A stretch of 64,000 bases of DNA from Sphagnum compactum (lineage: Eukaryota). The notes below the pieces were generated by a model. The model searched no databases. It was not told where the DNA came from and saw only the letters and a program-made list of their open reading frames with translations. The position numbers and the translations under genes were made by a program. Each line of letters begins with the position of its first letter. Position 1 is the stretch's first letter. Positions 1 through 13,700 of the stretch are shown piece by piece. The stretch is taken from NCBI GenBank assembly GCA_965153455.1, contig OZ234493.1:2604001-2668000 (forward strand), read 5' to 3'.

Positions 1-1744
1 GATGTGAAAAATATAATGAAAAACCATAGCTTCTTCTAGATTAGAATAAATCCACTTAACCATGCTAGAACGGAGATTACTATAGCATAGGGTTAGTTTT
101 CACATGGACGTAAAGAATTTTTTTAAAATTTAAAAATAATAAATTTTTTATGAACTTGAAATTTTATTTTTTTCAGGATCTACTTATCATATTGTCATAT
201 GAGGAGTGAAATTATTCAGATTGAAGCCAAATCTAATTATGACGGTTTTCAACAACAACACTACCACATGTAGCCAATTTAGTGACATTATTGGAGCACT
301 TTTCTAAAGGAACACTTTCAATTGCATTAAAGTAAGTTAGGGGAAAAAAACGTTTTTTTTTCCAATCTAGCACCGAGGTTCTCTCTCGCCCCACACCCCC
401 CCCCCACCAAAAAAAAATTCTTGCAAAGTCATTAAAATCCAAAGAGGAGAAATTCAGAGAACAGAGGGGGATGGTGGTCATTGTCTCTTTTTCTTTTCTT
501 TCTACTTGTTTGGTCACTTTTTTTTGGGGCGGGTTTTTTGGGAAGTCAAGTTCGACCAGAGCAAACCTGACTTGCAAAACCACGTTCGGTCAAAATGGAC
601 ACCACTCAACACTGGGTATATACGAATTGTAAGAAAGTGTAAAAGACGAGAGGAGGTCTTGCTTGACCAAGGCCCCTCAAATGGGCCCGTGGCAATAGGT
701 GAAAATTGATTGACGGCACATAAGAGTCTAGTTACGGAATTGCACATTGGGACTACTACAAGGTCAAAAGTTAGATGCCTACAAATAATATATTATTAAC
801 AACTTAGGTTATAGAGATTTCACAACATTAGGGTTTTTTAAAAATTCCTTTAGGGCGGGCTTTTTTGAAATAGTTTTGTACAACCTCAAGCTTTCTTTGC
901 TTGACTCTAGGGTGAGGATATATTTTTTCATATGGGTTTGTGGTTTTCCCATATGAAAAAAAGGAGAAAAAAGACAACCCTAAACAAATGGGTAGTTCAA
1001 AAATTGGAAGAGACATAGGTTACATACCTTAAGGTCAAGAAAACTCAAGCTTTACAGTTTGGACATAGTTGAAGATTTGAGACCTTTTCTTTCTTTCTTT
1101 CTTGTTGTTTCTTGCCTTCTTTTGGGGGTGAGAACAAGAAATCTCTGTGTACTAGGGTGGAAGTTTGAGACCTTTGAGACAATTGGTCAAATGTGTCAAG
1201 CAATGCATGGAAAGTATTACGAAATGTCATGACCAAAAACAACAACTTGTGAGGGCCGCATTTGAAATAGCAAATTTGGCAATCTTTAATGGTAATTCCC
1301 AAGATGTGTGCCCTTTACATAATACATCTTTCTCCTTCTTTTTTGGTTTTTGGCATAAACGGACAAAATACATTGCCAAGAGAAAGAGAGAGAACCAATA
1401 CAAGAGAGAGAGCTACATAGTATATCTTTGAAGAGGTTTAAGGGGAGTATAAGGGGATAGGGTGTAAGGGGAGTATGAGAAAAAAAGGATGAAAAAGAAA
1501 GGGCAAAGAGTAGCATAGGAAGAGCTCTAGAAGTACACTCCTAAGCACGCACACACTCCTTCCAATTGGTAGTAGTCTTTTGAGTTAAGAGTTAGGACAA
1601 CTTTTGCAAAGCAGATTTTACATTAGAAAAAGGGTTTCAAAATTGGGTGTCAAAAATCACCCATTTTCACACACTCTCTCTCTCCCAATTACATGAATCC
1701 AGCCCCCACCAACTATGAGCCCACAAATGGAATATACACTTTGA

Positions 1745-1960
1745 ACGAGATGGATGACGCACGAACGGATGGAAAGCTTCATTTCATCCTGACAAACAAC
1801 CACGACGTCCTTTACTATATAGAATTTGTTCTGTTTGGATGAATGACGGGATGGATGACGGACGGACGGATGGAAAGCTTTTTTTCATCCCGACAGAAAG
1901 CTTCATTTCATCCCAGCAAAAAGCTTCATTTCATCCCGACGTCCTTTACTATATAGAAGT
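1745..1960. repeat. Two tandem partial copies of a short element with a GACG/GATG microsatellite ending in CGACGTCCTTTACTATATAGAA (HINE/Helitron-end-like)
   Basis: CGGATGGAAAGCTT...TTTCATCC...CGACGTCCTTTACTATATAGAA occurs at ~1765-1824 and ~1866-1958. AAAGCTT(C/T)(A/T)TTTCATCC is repeated four times. Confidence 0.6.
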
Positions 1961-3011
1961 ACTTAAATATGTACATACTTTGCGGGTGGGGCCTTTGGAC
2001 CGTATAAAAGGTCAGATCTAATGAAATGTAAGTCAGAGTTATTCATTTGTCTGGACCCTACACGTACACACATAAGAGGCACTTTAGACACGGGATCAAA
2101 GACTCAATAGATTTGGGCCCCTTTTGAAGCAAATTGGACCCTAGAATGGGGGTCATGTTCAAAATAAGTTGGCCTCATGGAATTGTTTTAAATAAAGTCT
2201 ACCGATTGGGAAAATGCTCCAAATTTGGAGCCATGATATGCTGTTTGGAGTCCGGACCGGGGTTAATTGGTTCCTTTTTATCAAGAAAACCTATGGTTCA
2301 AGAATTCCTATTGGGTGAAAGGATTGAAATTGTGTAATTTCTTATATAAATATGAGGGTTTATGTTCTTTGTATTAAAATTAATTCTTCACACATCTAAC
2401 CTTTTTATGCATTTTTTTAATATGTTATATTCAATATTCTTATGAATTTTTGTAACTTCACAAAATTGTGCACAAAGATTTTGAACATTTTTTCATCTCT
2501 TTCTCAATTCCTAATCTCAAGTATACTTTAAGCAATCTTCAATACTAAACAAAAAAATTAAAAATTAAAAACCTTATGTCTTAGGTGATTTATAATGTGA
2601 TTCATTAATAAAAAATAAACAAGAAAATTCTCAAAGTCTTATATTTTACATGACTCTTTGATATGATTCATGTAATTAAAATCATGCACATTAAATTACG
2701 CCATAATTTTTTATAATAAATTATTTAAATTGAGCCATGCACAATAAATTGTGTCAATATTTATTGATGATGACTTGTCATAATCCTAATGAATCACATA
2801 TAAAGCATGAATGAAGATTTTGCATTTATGACACTATCCAACCTTTCAATTCTATTTTTTAAAAAACAAAATTTTGATACAACCACCAATCTAGTTTCAA
2901 ACCTATTACATGAATAATGTTATGGCAAATTTTGAAAATTATTTAAGAACGTAGAAGTTGAACATGAATGAACTTTGTAGACACGTACAATATATACCCT
3001 AACATCACATA

Positions 3012-3339
3012 TGCCCATAGTTGTTAATGCAATTAGTACAAGAGTATTGTTGCACTTCTTTTTCCCCTAGTTTGCCCTTTGCCCCATTTTTTTCACCTTG
3101 GCATTTTTAGACATGTTTTGGGTCCATGTCATAGGTGTATTGGGCATGTTATGCATTGTTAAAGGGTGTGTAACATGTTACAAGACCCTTGGCATGTGCT
3201 ACTTGACATGTTAGATGCCTCTTGGTACTCGTCACATGGTCGGTTATGAGTACAAAAAAAGGTGAAAAAAAACATGGCAAAAGGCAAATTAAAGGTTATA
3301 ATAGCATTCAAGTAACAATTACATTAACAACTATGGGCA
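3012..3339. mobile_element. MITE with terminal inverted repeats; a second partial copy lies at ~16170-16255
   Basis: TGCCCATAGTTGTTAATG (3012) is the exact reverse complement of CATTAACAACTATGGGCA (3322-3339). The internal TGCCCTTTGCCCCATTTTTTT..CACCTTGGCATTT is shared with 16205-16241. Confidence 0.7.
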
Positions 3340-3348
3340 AATATAATT

Positions 3349-6330
3349 TTAAAGGCAATATGTATTTTTTGATGTATTAATATTCAAATTTGTTGCTATG
3401 TATTTTGAACCATCACTAGTTGTTGTATTGGAATAATGCATGTATATGTCATACATCATCATTAACCCATGATCATTATGAATAAAAACATATGAATACT
3501 TTGATGAATTTATAAATTCGTGCATACCAATCGATGTGCAGTGTATTTTTGTTTCTATAAGACACAAGATGTGAAACATTTGAAGGTTATGGTCATAGTT
3601 TTCATAATGTTGGTGTAAAGAAAAAGTATTCAAGGTTTGTATAATTACATGAAAATGATGTACATTTTTTAATTGAAAAAAAATGGTATCCAAGTTGGTT
3701 TTTATAATTTTTTCATTTCTATATGTACATTTGGATCCATATAGAGGTTTTGATGTTCAAGATGAGATTAGAAAAATAATTTTCCTTTTGTTTGAATGTG
3801 AGATAAAATTGTATATCTTAAGTCATGTTTCTTAACATTATTAAGATAAAAAACCAATTCATTTAATGACAATCTTTCAGGAACAATGGATGGTTCTTGT
3901 TGTTACAAATTGAATAAGAAATCGAATCCTTATTATAGAAAATGATTGGGTCTTATTAACTCTTATATATTTGATAATATGTTCAATATATGGTGTCCAT
4001 TTTGATGCAATGTTGTTATTGCAATAATGATTAGAATTTATTTTTTATTAGTGTTCCAATTTTAGAGTTTTGAAATACTACCCATATTATGGTTTTGTCA
4101 TTATATGTTGTTGATGCATTAAATATGTCATCAATTTCATTCAAGAGACCATTAGACGTTACATAATTACTATCACATAATTCAAGTAACATATATGCAA
4201 ATTTGAATTGCAAATTTGCAATTTGAGAGTTTGTAAAATGGCAGGTTAATGTTTAATGTCTATAACTTTGGAACTAAATGTGGAACATATTTGGCCATAA
4301 AACAAGATTGAAAATTTTAATTCCTTGGAGTGTTTATTTTTAAATGCACCTAAAGAATGACTTTTTTAATTTAGAGTAATAAATATATAATTTTTTCATA
4401 GTCCATTATTTTTGAAATATCCAAAAACTAATGTATCATTGAATTTGTTGGTGTATAATATTTTTCCTTCACTTTCAGAATTAGAGTTATTGGATGATTA
4501 GTTACATAATTATGAATTTAATAATTTGAATTTATATGCAATGTAAACAAACTTTCCCATTGATGGTGAATGGTAACATTCAAATATTTGTATAATGACA
4601 TTTCAAATAAATATTGTAAATCAAACATTAACATATTTGAACGAACATTTTTTGACATATAAGGCAATTTATATTCAAGAAGACATTTAAAGAACACATC
4701 CATTATTACTTATCATGTGGTAAATGTGATATTAGTGATTGAGTTTGATCCAAGTTTGTAAAGACATTAATATGCCATGAATTTTATATTATCCAAAGCC
4801 ATAAATTTTATAAATTTGAGAAAATGCAAATCATGATGAAATTAAAATGTTCTTTTATTGTGTCAATTTCTGGGTCGATGGAATGATTGTAATTTTATTT
4901 AGCATTTCATAGAAAGGTGCTTTACATTTGTTAATGTTATGTAAAAAACTTATAGATATGTATGATGTTGAAAAAGGTTTTATTTGAATTTGAAAGTATA
5001 TGGAAAGTTGTTTAAAAATTTAGTTGAATTTTTTTAAATTATTTTTAAAAACATAACCTTCCATAACAAAAACATGAAATGATTGGATCATTTTAGATTT
5101 TTTAAATTTTTGATGTTGAAGTATATTGAACTATTTACATGTTTATTTATTTCAACATGATGTTTCGCAAGAATTGGTTGTTCGATTTATTTTGAAATGC
5201 ATTCAATATATGATGATTGAATTTTTTCATTTGTGAAATTTCCATGTGATTTTCTATTATATATATTTCATGTGATTCATAATTTGTAATATTTCTTTTA
5301 ATAAAACATGTTAATGAATTTAGATGTTTTTGGAGAGTAAATTAGATTTGGATGAGTTTCTAATAAGTAAAAAATATTCTTGTCATAAAGTGTCTAATCA
5401 AAGTATTCTTTTTTTCATTCTTGTGTGACAATAGGATCAATGATTGGATGGGTATGTTTCATTTGAATACTAGGAATTTAGTCAACCATAGTTACTAACA
5501 TTACAGTGGATGGAGTCAAAATAGCATTATTAGGAACATTTGTAGTGTTTTTCAAAAAACACTTGTACATATTAAATACGATTTTATATTATTTGGGTGA
5601 TATTTATATTACAATAAGTATTGAATAATGAAACAACATAATTTAATGGTGAATCCCATTGTTTTTCAAAATGTCCATCAATGTTTTAATAGAAATGCAA
5701 ATTTGGTTTTGTGAATTGAATAAGAGGTTGTTGTATCATTGATTTTGAAGTAGATGGGAATTCATCCAAATTTATGGTCACTTTGGGATTGTTTGTTTAA
5801 AAAACATCCAAAAACCTAGATACACCATTGACATATTGAATTGGTTCAAAATGTAGAAAGTTGTAAGCTATATATAAGGGGACAAATCAAAAATCCATTT
5901 TACATCAAGACATGTTTTGATATTTATTCCAAACATAATTTAGCTGTTGTAAATATTTTTCTGTCCAAAATATTACAATGAAATTTCCCCATAAACCACC
6001 CATTCCATAACATTTTTTACCATTTTTGTCACATGTTGATGTTCATTTGTGACCATACTTTGATGCAAATCAAATAGAAAAAAATAGATTTGATTTCGAA
6101 TGCAACATTTTTTGATTTTTTTAATTCAATAATAAAAATTGATTTAAATGTGTTATACTAATTTGCTTCACTTGAAAAGATAGTAATTGGTCATCCAATA
6201 AATAAAATATAAAATTAAAAAGACAGTTGCTCACTTCATATTTATATGTTGAAACTGGACAAAACTTGTATGAACATAATACAAGTTCAAATGATGAATC
6301 AAGAAGATTTAATGTAAATATTTCCATTAA
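3349..6330 (-). mobile_element. Degenerate, internally deleted Helentron/Helitron2-like element (OTU, DUF6570-like, PIF1 helicase C-half, AP endonuclease)
   Basis: Minus-strand fragments in order. OTU-like: SNCLFNFIFYLL (~6230) and GGLWGNFIVIFW..YL...YVWNK...LYIAYNFLHFEPI (~6000-5840). DUF6570-like: GFG*YK..INVFTNLDQTQSLISHLP and NVRSN..LQYLFEMSLYKYLNVTI (4800-4560). Helicase: SNYVTSNGLLN..DDIF, RIRFLIQFVTTRTIHCS, LSLNELVF..KHDLRYTILSHI (4210-3790). Endonuclease: TLNTFSL..DHNLQMFHILCLIETKI (3640-3540). Many stops and frameshifts. Confidence 0.65.
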
Positions 6331-8699
6331 TAATTTAATTTAAAAATACACATGTAGACAAAATCACACTTTCACTTCCACACACATACACAAATTCAAT
6401 CATTTTCACATGCATAAAGTCATATGAATTCCCACTTTTTCACATTCATTCACACAAAATCACTCTCACTTTCTTTCATGCACATAAAATCACCCACATA
6501 TATTATCAATATACACACAAAGCTACATGCACACAATTATACACATACCCACACAAAAATAATTACAAACAAACACATTGGAAAACTATTTGTAAAATCT
6601 TAAGACCAATAGATTAATTACCATCAAGGAAAAGGCTATCAGATAGAAAAGAAATTTAAAAAAAAATGGAAAGACCAAAGGGTAGGGATTGCCTTCTATT
6701 TGCATACCATCATGCTATAACTGCCATCCTATAGTAATTACCAAATTGCAGCAAACCTAGAAAATGATCATAACCATTTGCTACCCCTCCATAGTTACTA
6801 CCTCCACTTTACAACCACTACGTTTAGTTTGTCTATTGTCATGTAATAACTTTCATCCTTTATAGGCTTGAAAAAAACTCATAACCACCTACAAACCTTC
6901 TTGTAGCTGCTACTTTTCATTTGCAGCCTAAGAAATTAATAACTACCTTTAGCTACTTTTTTCCAGAGGTAGCTATCATCTAGTAGCAAACCTACCTTCC
7001 TAATCTAGTACATAATACAATTTTTTTTTTCAATGTATAAGAAAAGAAAAACCAAACTAAAGAGAGTAGTATTTTATATCAACTAAAAAGAAACTACTCT
7101 CATTGCATTTAAGAAATCAAGTAAAAACAAACTCTAAGATATATATCACAAGTTGACCTTCAACCATAATCCATTGTTTGTATTTCTTCTTCACACAAGT
7201 ATAACCTTTTTCCATTTCACACACAACAATAAAACAAGAATGAAAGAATGAGAGAATGGAATGAGCCCAAATTATAATAAAGAAGTAAAAGTGATTCCCT
7301 TACCACATATGGGTTTTTTTATCCTCTTAAATTCCTCACCTTCTCATAATCTCCTTCACAAATCTTAGTTTAAAAAAACCATTCATCCCTTATCCACTTT
7401 CCATTTAGATTAATTAACCTATACAATTTCACGCCCGAATTTTAAAAAATGATAAATGAATACTTACCATTAGTAACTAAACAATTACTAGGATGCCCTT
7501 CTAAGTCAACTAGACTAAAATATTATTTCCACTATTAAGTATTCTTTTCAATAAATCCCCCCCCCCCCCCTCCATAATTATTTTATGGTTATTCTACCAT
7601 TGATAATTCTATTGTCCTTTAACACTACTAAACATTAAAATTCACTTGCATTGAAAAATTGTTTGCATTGAAAAAAATATTTTGTTTAAAAAATTGATTA
7701 CATTGAAAAAAAAATTACATTAAAATTTTTATTTCTAAAAAGAAAATAATAAATGAGAATAGTAGTTTACATTGAAAAATGTATATACAAAACTACTTTG
7801 GACACAATGGAAGTTGAAGTACAAGTATTTTTCCATTATTATGAAAAGGTTATTCAAACTAAAATTGTGAAGTTATACAAAATTTTCACATATACAAACT
7901 ATGTATATGATAAAAACAACAATAGATGTGTTAACTCAAAATTATTCATAACATGAAGTGTTTAAAACATTTTTTGTTTAGAAATTGATTTCAACTTATT
8001 AAAATTAAGCTTGCATTTGACACTACACTGGACAACAACAAACAGAGCTACAACTAAATCTCCACCATGCACATTAGATCATTTTAGGATAAATTATTAA
8101 ATGTCTTTATGAAAATGAACAAGAGCATATGTGGGTGATCATAGGAATTTGCCACAAATGCGAATTGAAATGAGGTAGATTCAAGAATGTAGCCTTAATC
8201 ATATGAATAATTGCTTCCAACAATTTATCATCAATGGTTATTAACATAAGTTTATTTTTCATTGCAATGAAACCATGAAACATTCTTGATTTTTTAACCT
8301 TCAACTTTGAGCAACAAGCATTACAATGTGCATTGTTGGTAAAAAATATGATTATATTTATCACACAATACTTTCCACACACTTTCTAAAGTTGAAACAT
8401 TGTTAAGCTTACTATGGATAACACCCCAATTACTCATAGAAAAAAAAACAAACATTTAAAAACAAACATATATCTTCTTTCATTTTTCCCTTTAAAAACT
8501 AACAAAAACCTAAAGTGCAAAAAATATTCTCCTCCCAAAGGAATAGCAAATTGGGTGAGCCATATATTTTTCCCAATGAAGAAGAGAAGTAGGTCCCATA
8601 ATCTTCTCCCCAATGAAAAAGAATCAAACACCACTCAATATTTTCCTCCCCAAGAGAAAACAATCAAAAGGTTGTTTGATATTCTATAGTTATATTTTG

Positions 8700-9130
8700 C
8701 ATTAGCAATTGGGAGGAAAACAAAAACTCAATAGGAGAAGGAAAATCAGGTGGTGACTTGATTCTTCCCTTCCATAAGGAAAAGGAAAATCAAGTGGCTA
8801 CCTAACTCTATTTCCCTTCCCCTAAGAAGGAGAATTTTATTTTCCCAATAGAATTGGGCAGCCACTTGATTTTATTTACTTTAGGTGCTAAATTTTTTAA
8901 TTTTTAATTTTTTTATTTTTATAAACGTTCAATTTTCCCGTAACCCAAGGTTAAGGAAAATTGAATAACCATTTGATTCTATTTCCTTTGCCCCAAGGAG
9001 AAGGAGGATTAAGTGACTGATCAATTTTATTTTTATTTGAATGTCGAACTTTATATTTTTTTTTCCTAATAGAATCAAATGACCACTAAAATTTCCCCTT
9101 AAATAACCACTTAATTCTATTTTTCTTATG
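8700..9130. repeat. Degenerate array of short direct and inverted units (GGAAAATCA(A/G)GTGG / CCACTTGATTCTATTT)
   Basis: The motif recurs about 7 times in both orientations. Confidence 0.5.
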
Positions 9131-9299
9131 CAGTGGGTGCAAAAAATAAAAATAAAAATAAAATTGCTTTCATTTTTTCCACCAATCCTTAAAGGGAAAT
9201 TTTTTAAAAAATTTCCTTGTATGAATGAAAGAAGAAAATACCTCTTTTAACGAAAGCCCATTCCTTAAAAGTTTATTGTGTTAATTAAAGAAGGTGGCC

Positions 9300-9928
9300 T
9301 TGAATACCTACATCCACAACCTTGTTTTAAAAATTGGTCGCCTTTGTAAATTCCTATGACATTCTTGATTAAAACCATTATACATTGGCCTGCATTGTAA
9401 GTTTCCAAAAGTTGTTCATACTATTTTGAAATTGTTGCCCATAACGGAAACATCTTGGTTGAATTCCCCTTCTCCATGTTTCTCACCCTTGTTATTTTTT
9501 CTTACTTCCACACTAGTAATAATGACCGCAATGATAATTGAAGTTCAATTTTGGAAAGAATTTTTGAATTCCCTAATGGAATTTGCGTGAAAGAATAGAG
9601 GAACCAATTTAGGTTGGAAGTTTACAATTGATGAAATAATGGTTGTCAATTCAATTGTGATGACAATATGCATGTCACATTTCTCAAAACCCTTATTGAA
9701 TTTGATTCGATACCAAAGATTTTCCACCTTCACATATATGCCTTTTTGCAAAAGTTTTTCATGCATTTCTATGTGAAGTGACTTCATTCTCAAAGTGATT
9801 GTGGTCAAAGTTGCCATATCTAGCAAATCATAATGCAAGTATACATAGCTTGGATCTTCTATGGTCCTATTTGCAATTTAATCAAAGTTACCATACATGT
9901 TGAACACCTTTGCTTCAAATGCAACATT
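9300..9928 (-). pseudogene. Degenerate RPA70-like OB-fold fragment (possibly Helitron-borne), interrupted by the solo LTR
   Basis: ORF 9545-9838 (DLLDMATLTTITLRMKSLHIEMHEKLLQKGIYVKVENL) resembles the D..G..I......F...L..G..Y.I.NF pattern of RPA1 OB folds. Recognised by eye only. Confidence 0.35.
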
Positions 9929-10748
9929 TGACGCGCTCCTAAGTCCCTTGTTAGACCCACTTGAGGGTCTAAGTATGTTGAGTTGCGGAAAGTTGGGACT
10001 TGAGGGCCGCTCCCGACTTCCAGCACTAAAAGGGGGTAGAGGGGTGTGTTAGAAGTCCCGGGATTAGACTAGGAAGAGGGACAAGTATTATCTCACTCGA
10101 ATCTGCATCCAAAACCAACCACAAGAGGGTTAGTTCATATTCGGGAACACCCTTGGGTGTTAGGACAAGCCACGAGCACTTGGACACACTTGACTCACCA
10201 CGGCCTGGACTCGGGGGAAGCCACCACCTTCCCCCATATAATATATTCTGCAGCTCTTTGCCGAGGCTACATCCGAATGGCACTTTTTCCCGGGACTCCC
10301 AAAGAGGAGTCCCGAAACTGTCCCGGTTTGGACTCCCGGGACTTTGGGAGCTCATATCTCCCGGCTCCGACCTCCGATTGGAGTGAGATCTGAACCAACG
10401 TTGTAGCTCTCCTCAAGATCTTTTCAACGGTGTGTTGCACTCCACCTGCACACACTGGGATCAAGTCGATTCCCGACTTTTAGTGGTCGGGAGTCAAACT
10501 GCCAATTTGACTCCTGGCCCTTCTTTTGCCCATAACTTGGGCTGTAGATGTCCAAATGGTCAATGCGAGGCCATTTTAGACATGTACACTTCAAGACCTT
10601 TCCATTGATATAAAAAACACCTCAAGGCAAGGTGTTTTGACCCCTGTAATCGACTTCTGAAGTTTTGGGAGTCCCGGAGGACTCCAAGTCCCCAACTTTG
10701 GGAGTGTGAGTTGCATCTTCACACTTTGCCCAAAGTGGGGTTGCAACA
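9929..10748. mobile_element. Solo LTR (820 bp) with 5-bp target-site duplication
   Basis: Starts with TG (9929) and ends with CA (10748), flanked by ACATT at 9924-9928 and 10749-10753. GC/CpG content is much higher than the flanks. Homologous to the LTR starting at 63641. Confidence 0.85.
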
Positions 10749-13700
10749 ACATTTTTATTTCAAAAATCTAAATCATCCATAGCAACAAGTCCTTCACCCT
10801 TTTTTATTGCAACAATAGACATTGTGCAAAAGAAAGAAATTAGAACTTACCAAGCTAAGTTTGGTAACAAACAAATGATGTAGTGAAACAAATGCATTTG
10901 GAAATGCACACTTGCAAAAACACATTTACAGAAGCACGTGCATTTACAAAGGCAACAAAAAAGAATAACCCAAAACAAAATTTAGGTCAACCACCACACA
11001 CATTGTAATAAAGAAGGAGAAACAACAAACCTTCACAATGCACATTTGTAATACATTTTGAAATGTTTTACTAACTACATGGGCTTTGTAGTTGATCAAC
11101 TAATAAAAAAAGAATTGATTTTGTGGAAATTAAATTTCATTTGAATGAAAATAATGAATGAGATTGGATGCAATTTGAATTGAATTGGAGTGAATTGAAT
11201 TTTTAAAAGCTTAATTCAAATTTCATTAAATTGAATTCATATTCGATTAGATTTATATTCTATTGAAGAGAAATGGGATGCTAATTGGTGTAGATGGTAT
11301 TGAAAATCTACTCGTGATTATGTTCTTGAAAGAAAAAAACCTTTGAAGAGACATAAATCTGAAAAAGATGCCTTTCCATTCATTTTTACTTGGGAATCAA
11401 TCATTAAACATATTATAGTTTGAAAGTATTCAAAATTTTATTTATGAAACCTAAAGTTGTCCTACCTAAACCAATTCCCATGAATTATTGTCACTAGGAT
11501 TTCAATTGGAAGTCTTTTTAACATAGGGTAATGGATAACATAGACAAAAACAAAATGGATATAAAACAAAAATTTCTTCTAGGTTACAAAGACATAGAGG
11601 GCATTCTAGCATCCTACTTGAAATTTTGACCCTTGTAGGTTGAAATTTAGTTACATTCAACAACTAGATTGCCTCCATAAGAACAATTTAAAAAATTCCC
11701 TTTTGAACTTCAAAAGTACACAAAAAGTTTTACACGAATGGACACAATTAGTCATGTCGAAATGCAACAAATCTTTTTCTATGCCATGCACCTACCTTAT
11801 TTAAAAATTTGATAGCAAATTCATATTTTGGATTTTATGGATTTAAAGGATTTTTGATGGATTTTTGTTTCAAAAAATACTTATTTATTATATGTTATGT
11901 ATGAATTGCATGTGCAATTTCTCCTCATACATATTTTCATTTTTGGCTATTTACGGTTTTAATTCCCCCTCACTCCAAATTTTTTTAGCATTATAGGTGT
12001 CAAATTGAATATTCCATTGAATTACTAAACCCTATGGCATGAAAAAACTATGGAATATACTTTAATAATTAAATATTTATTTAAATTCTAATTGAAGTTC
12101 CACTTTGAAAATGTGAGGAAAAGATATGAACAAAAGTAATGGAGATGGAGGTTTATTATTTTAATAATATCTCCCCCACCCTTTCTTTGTTTCATATGTT
12201 CCGATATGGTTTCCAATAAATCACCATTATTTACATCTATATCAAATTTGATTTTACTATATAACATGGGCATGATAACACACATTAGCATGTGCATTGA
12301 TGTGTTGTTAATGTGCCTTTTCATGCCCATGTTGGTGGCTAAAACAAAAGAATGAAATAGTTATTAGGAAAAAAAAAAGTAGTCTATGGAAAAACACATG
12401 TTAATATGCCTCTTCATGTTTTTAAGAAATAACAGTTAAATGATAATAATTTAAATTACATACATACACACATATGGGCTATTTGAAACCGTAAACCATA
12501 GACTTTGGATAAATCCAAAAACATAGTTGCCATATGTAATTTATTTACATGAATACATTTTCTGGGTTCTAACATTTCCTTATTGTCATAATTTTAAAGA
12601 AACGAAGATTGTGACTTGCACCAAATCAAATATTTGAAAAGAAAAAAACCTTGTCCCCCACTCACCTGGTTGGGTCATAATGAACCCACCAATGTACCAA
12701 TTGGTTAATTTGTCCATGGGATGGGGCCATTTTTTTCATCTTGTACCTATCCCCCAACTAATTACCTATGGTTAGCTAAGTTATTTTATTTGAAGCTCTT
12801 ATTTAATTCTATTTTTTCTTTCAAAAAAATTTGGTATTTTTCCCTTTTTTCATATTTACAAGTGTTGGTGTGTTAAGGTCATTTACAAGTTAAGGTACTA
12901 GGTTAGGTTTCATGGTATCTAGACCAAAGGTGTAGAAAATTGAAATTTTCATATTTGAATTCAAACCTTGAAACTGCTTCTTTTGAAAACTAGACCAAAA
13001 ACTTGAACTAGGGTTATTGTACCTAAAAATAGGTTCTTTAAAGGTATAAGCACCAAGGCCTTTAAAAGCGCATCCCCCTCTTTCAAGCAAACAAACCACC
13101 CCCTTTCCAAATGGGTGGAAAAAATGAGTTTGATACCTTGTTTCATTGGTTGTTGGGAATCATTTTTTGATTGCATACCTCCCTAATTTTCTATTGCTTA
13201 ATACCTCACACTTCTTATGAATGTGGGTACATATTTATGTTATATATATATTTACTTATATATATATAGGGTGCAATGTAAATGTCACCTATGTAATTTG
13301 AAGTCATTAATTGACAATGTGATCATATATATGTGTTCATGTTTGAGTTGATAACTTAAAACCAAAGTCCATTGGATAGAAGATTATTTTCTTCAAATCC
13401 AAAAGGTTTTGAACAAATCAATTTATAAGAAATTGCAGTGCAACATTAATATCGGTTCACTCATTCATGCATTCACCTTACCAACCATTTTGATTTGCAT
13501 TACCTTTACCAAATCCTTTTGGAAGCTCTTTAGTTGTTACAAGTGTTAACCTTCAAGCCATATTTAAATAGGAAGATGATTTTTCTTATATTGTTTGTTC
13601 TTTCCAATGTTTTCTTTCATTTAATTATAAAAATATTAAACTATTTGTGATGTTTTGATTTTGGTAATACTACAACACTTCTTTTCGTGCAAGTTTAATG

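Noticed and set aside
10026..10464. ORFs within the 820-bp solo LTR
   Set aside because: They are short, overlap on both strands and show no recognisable motifs, as expected from GC-rich LTR sequence.
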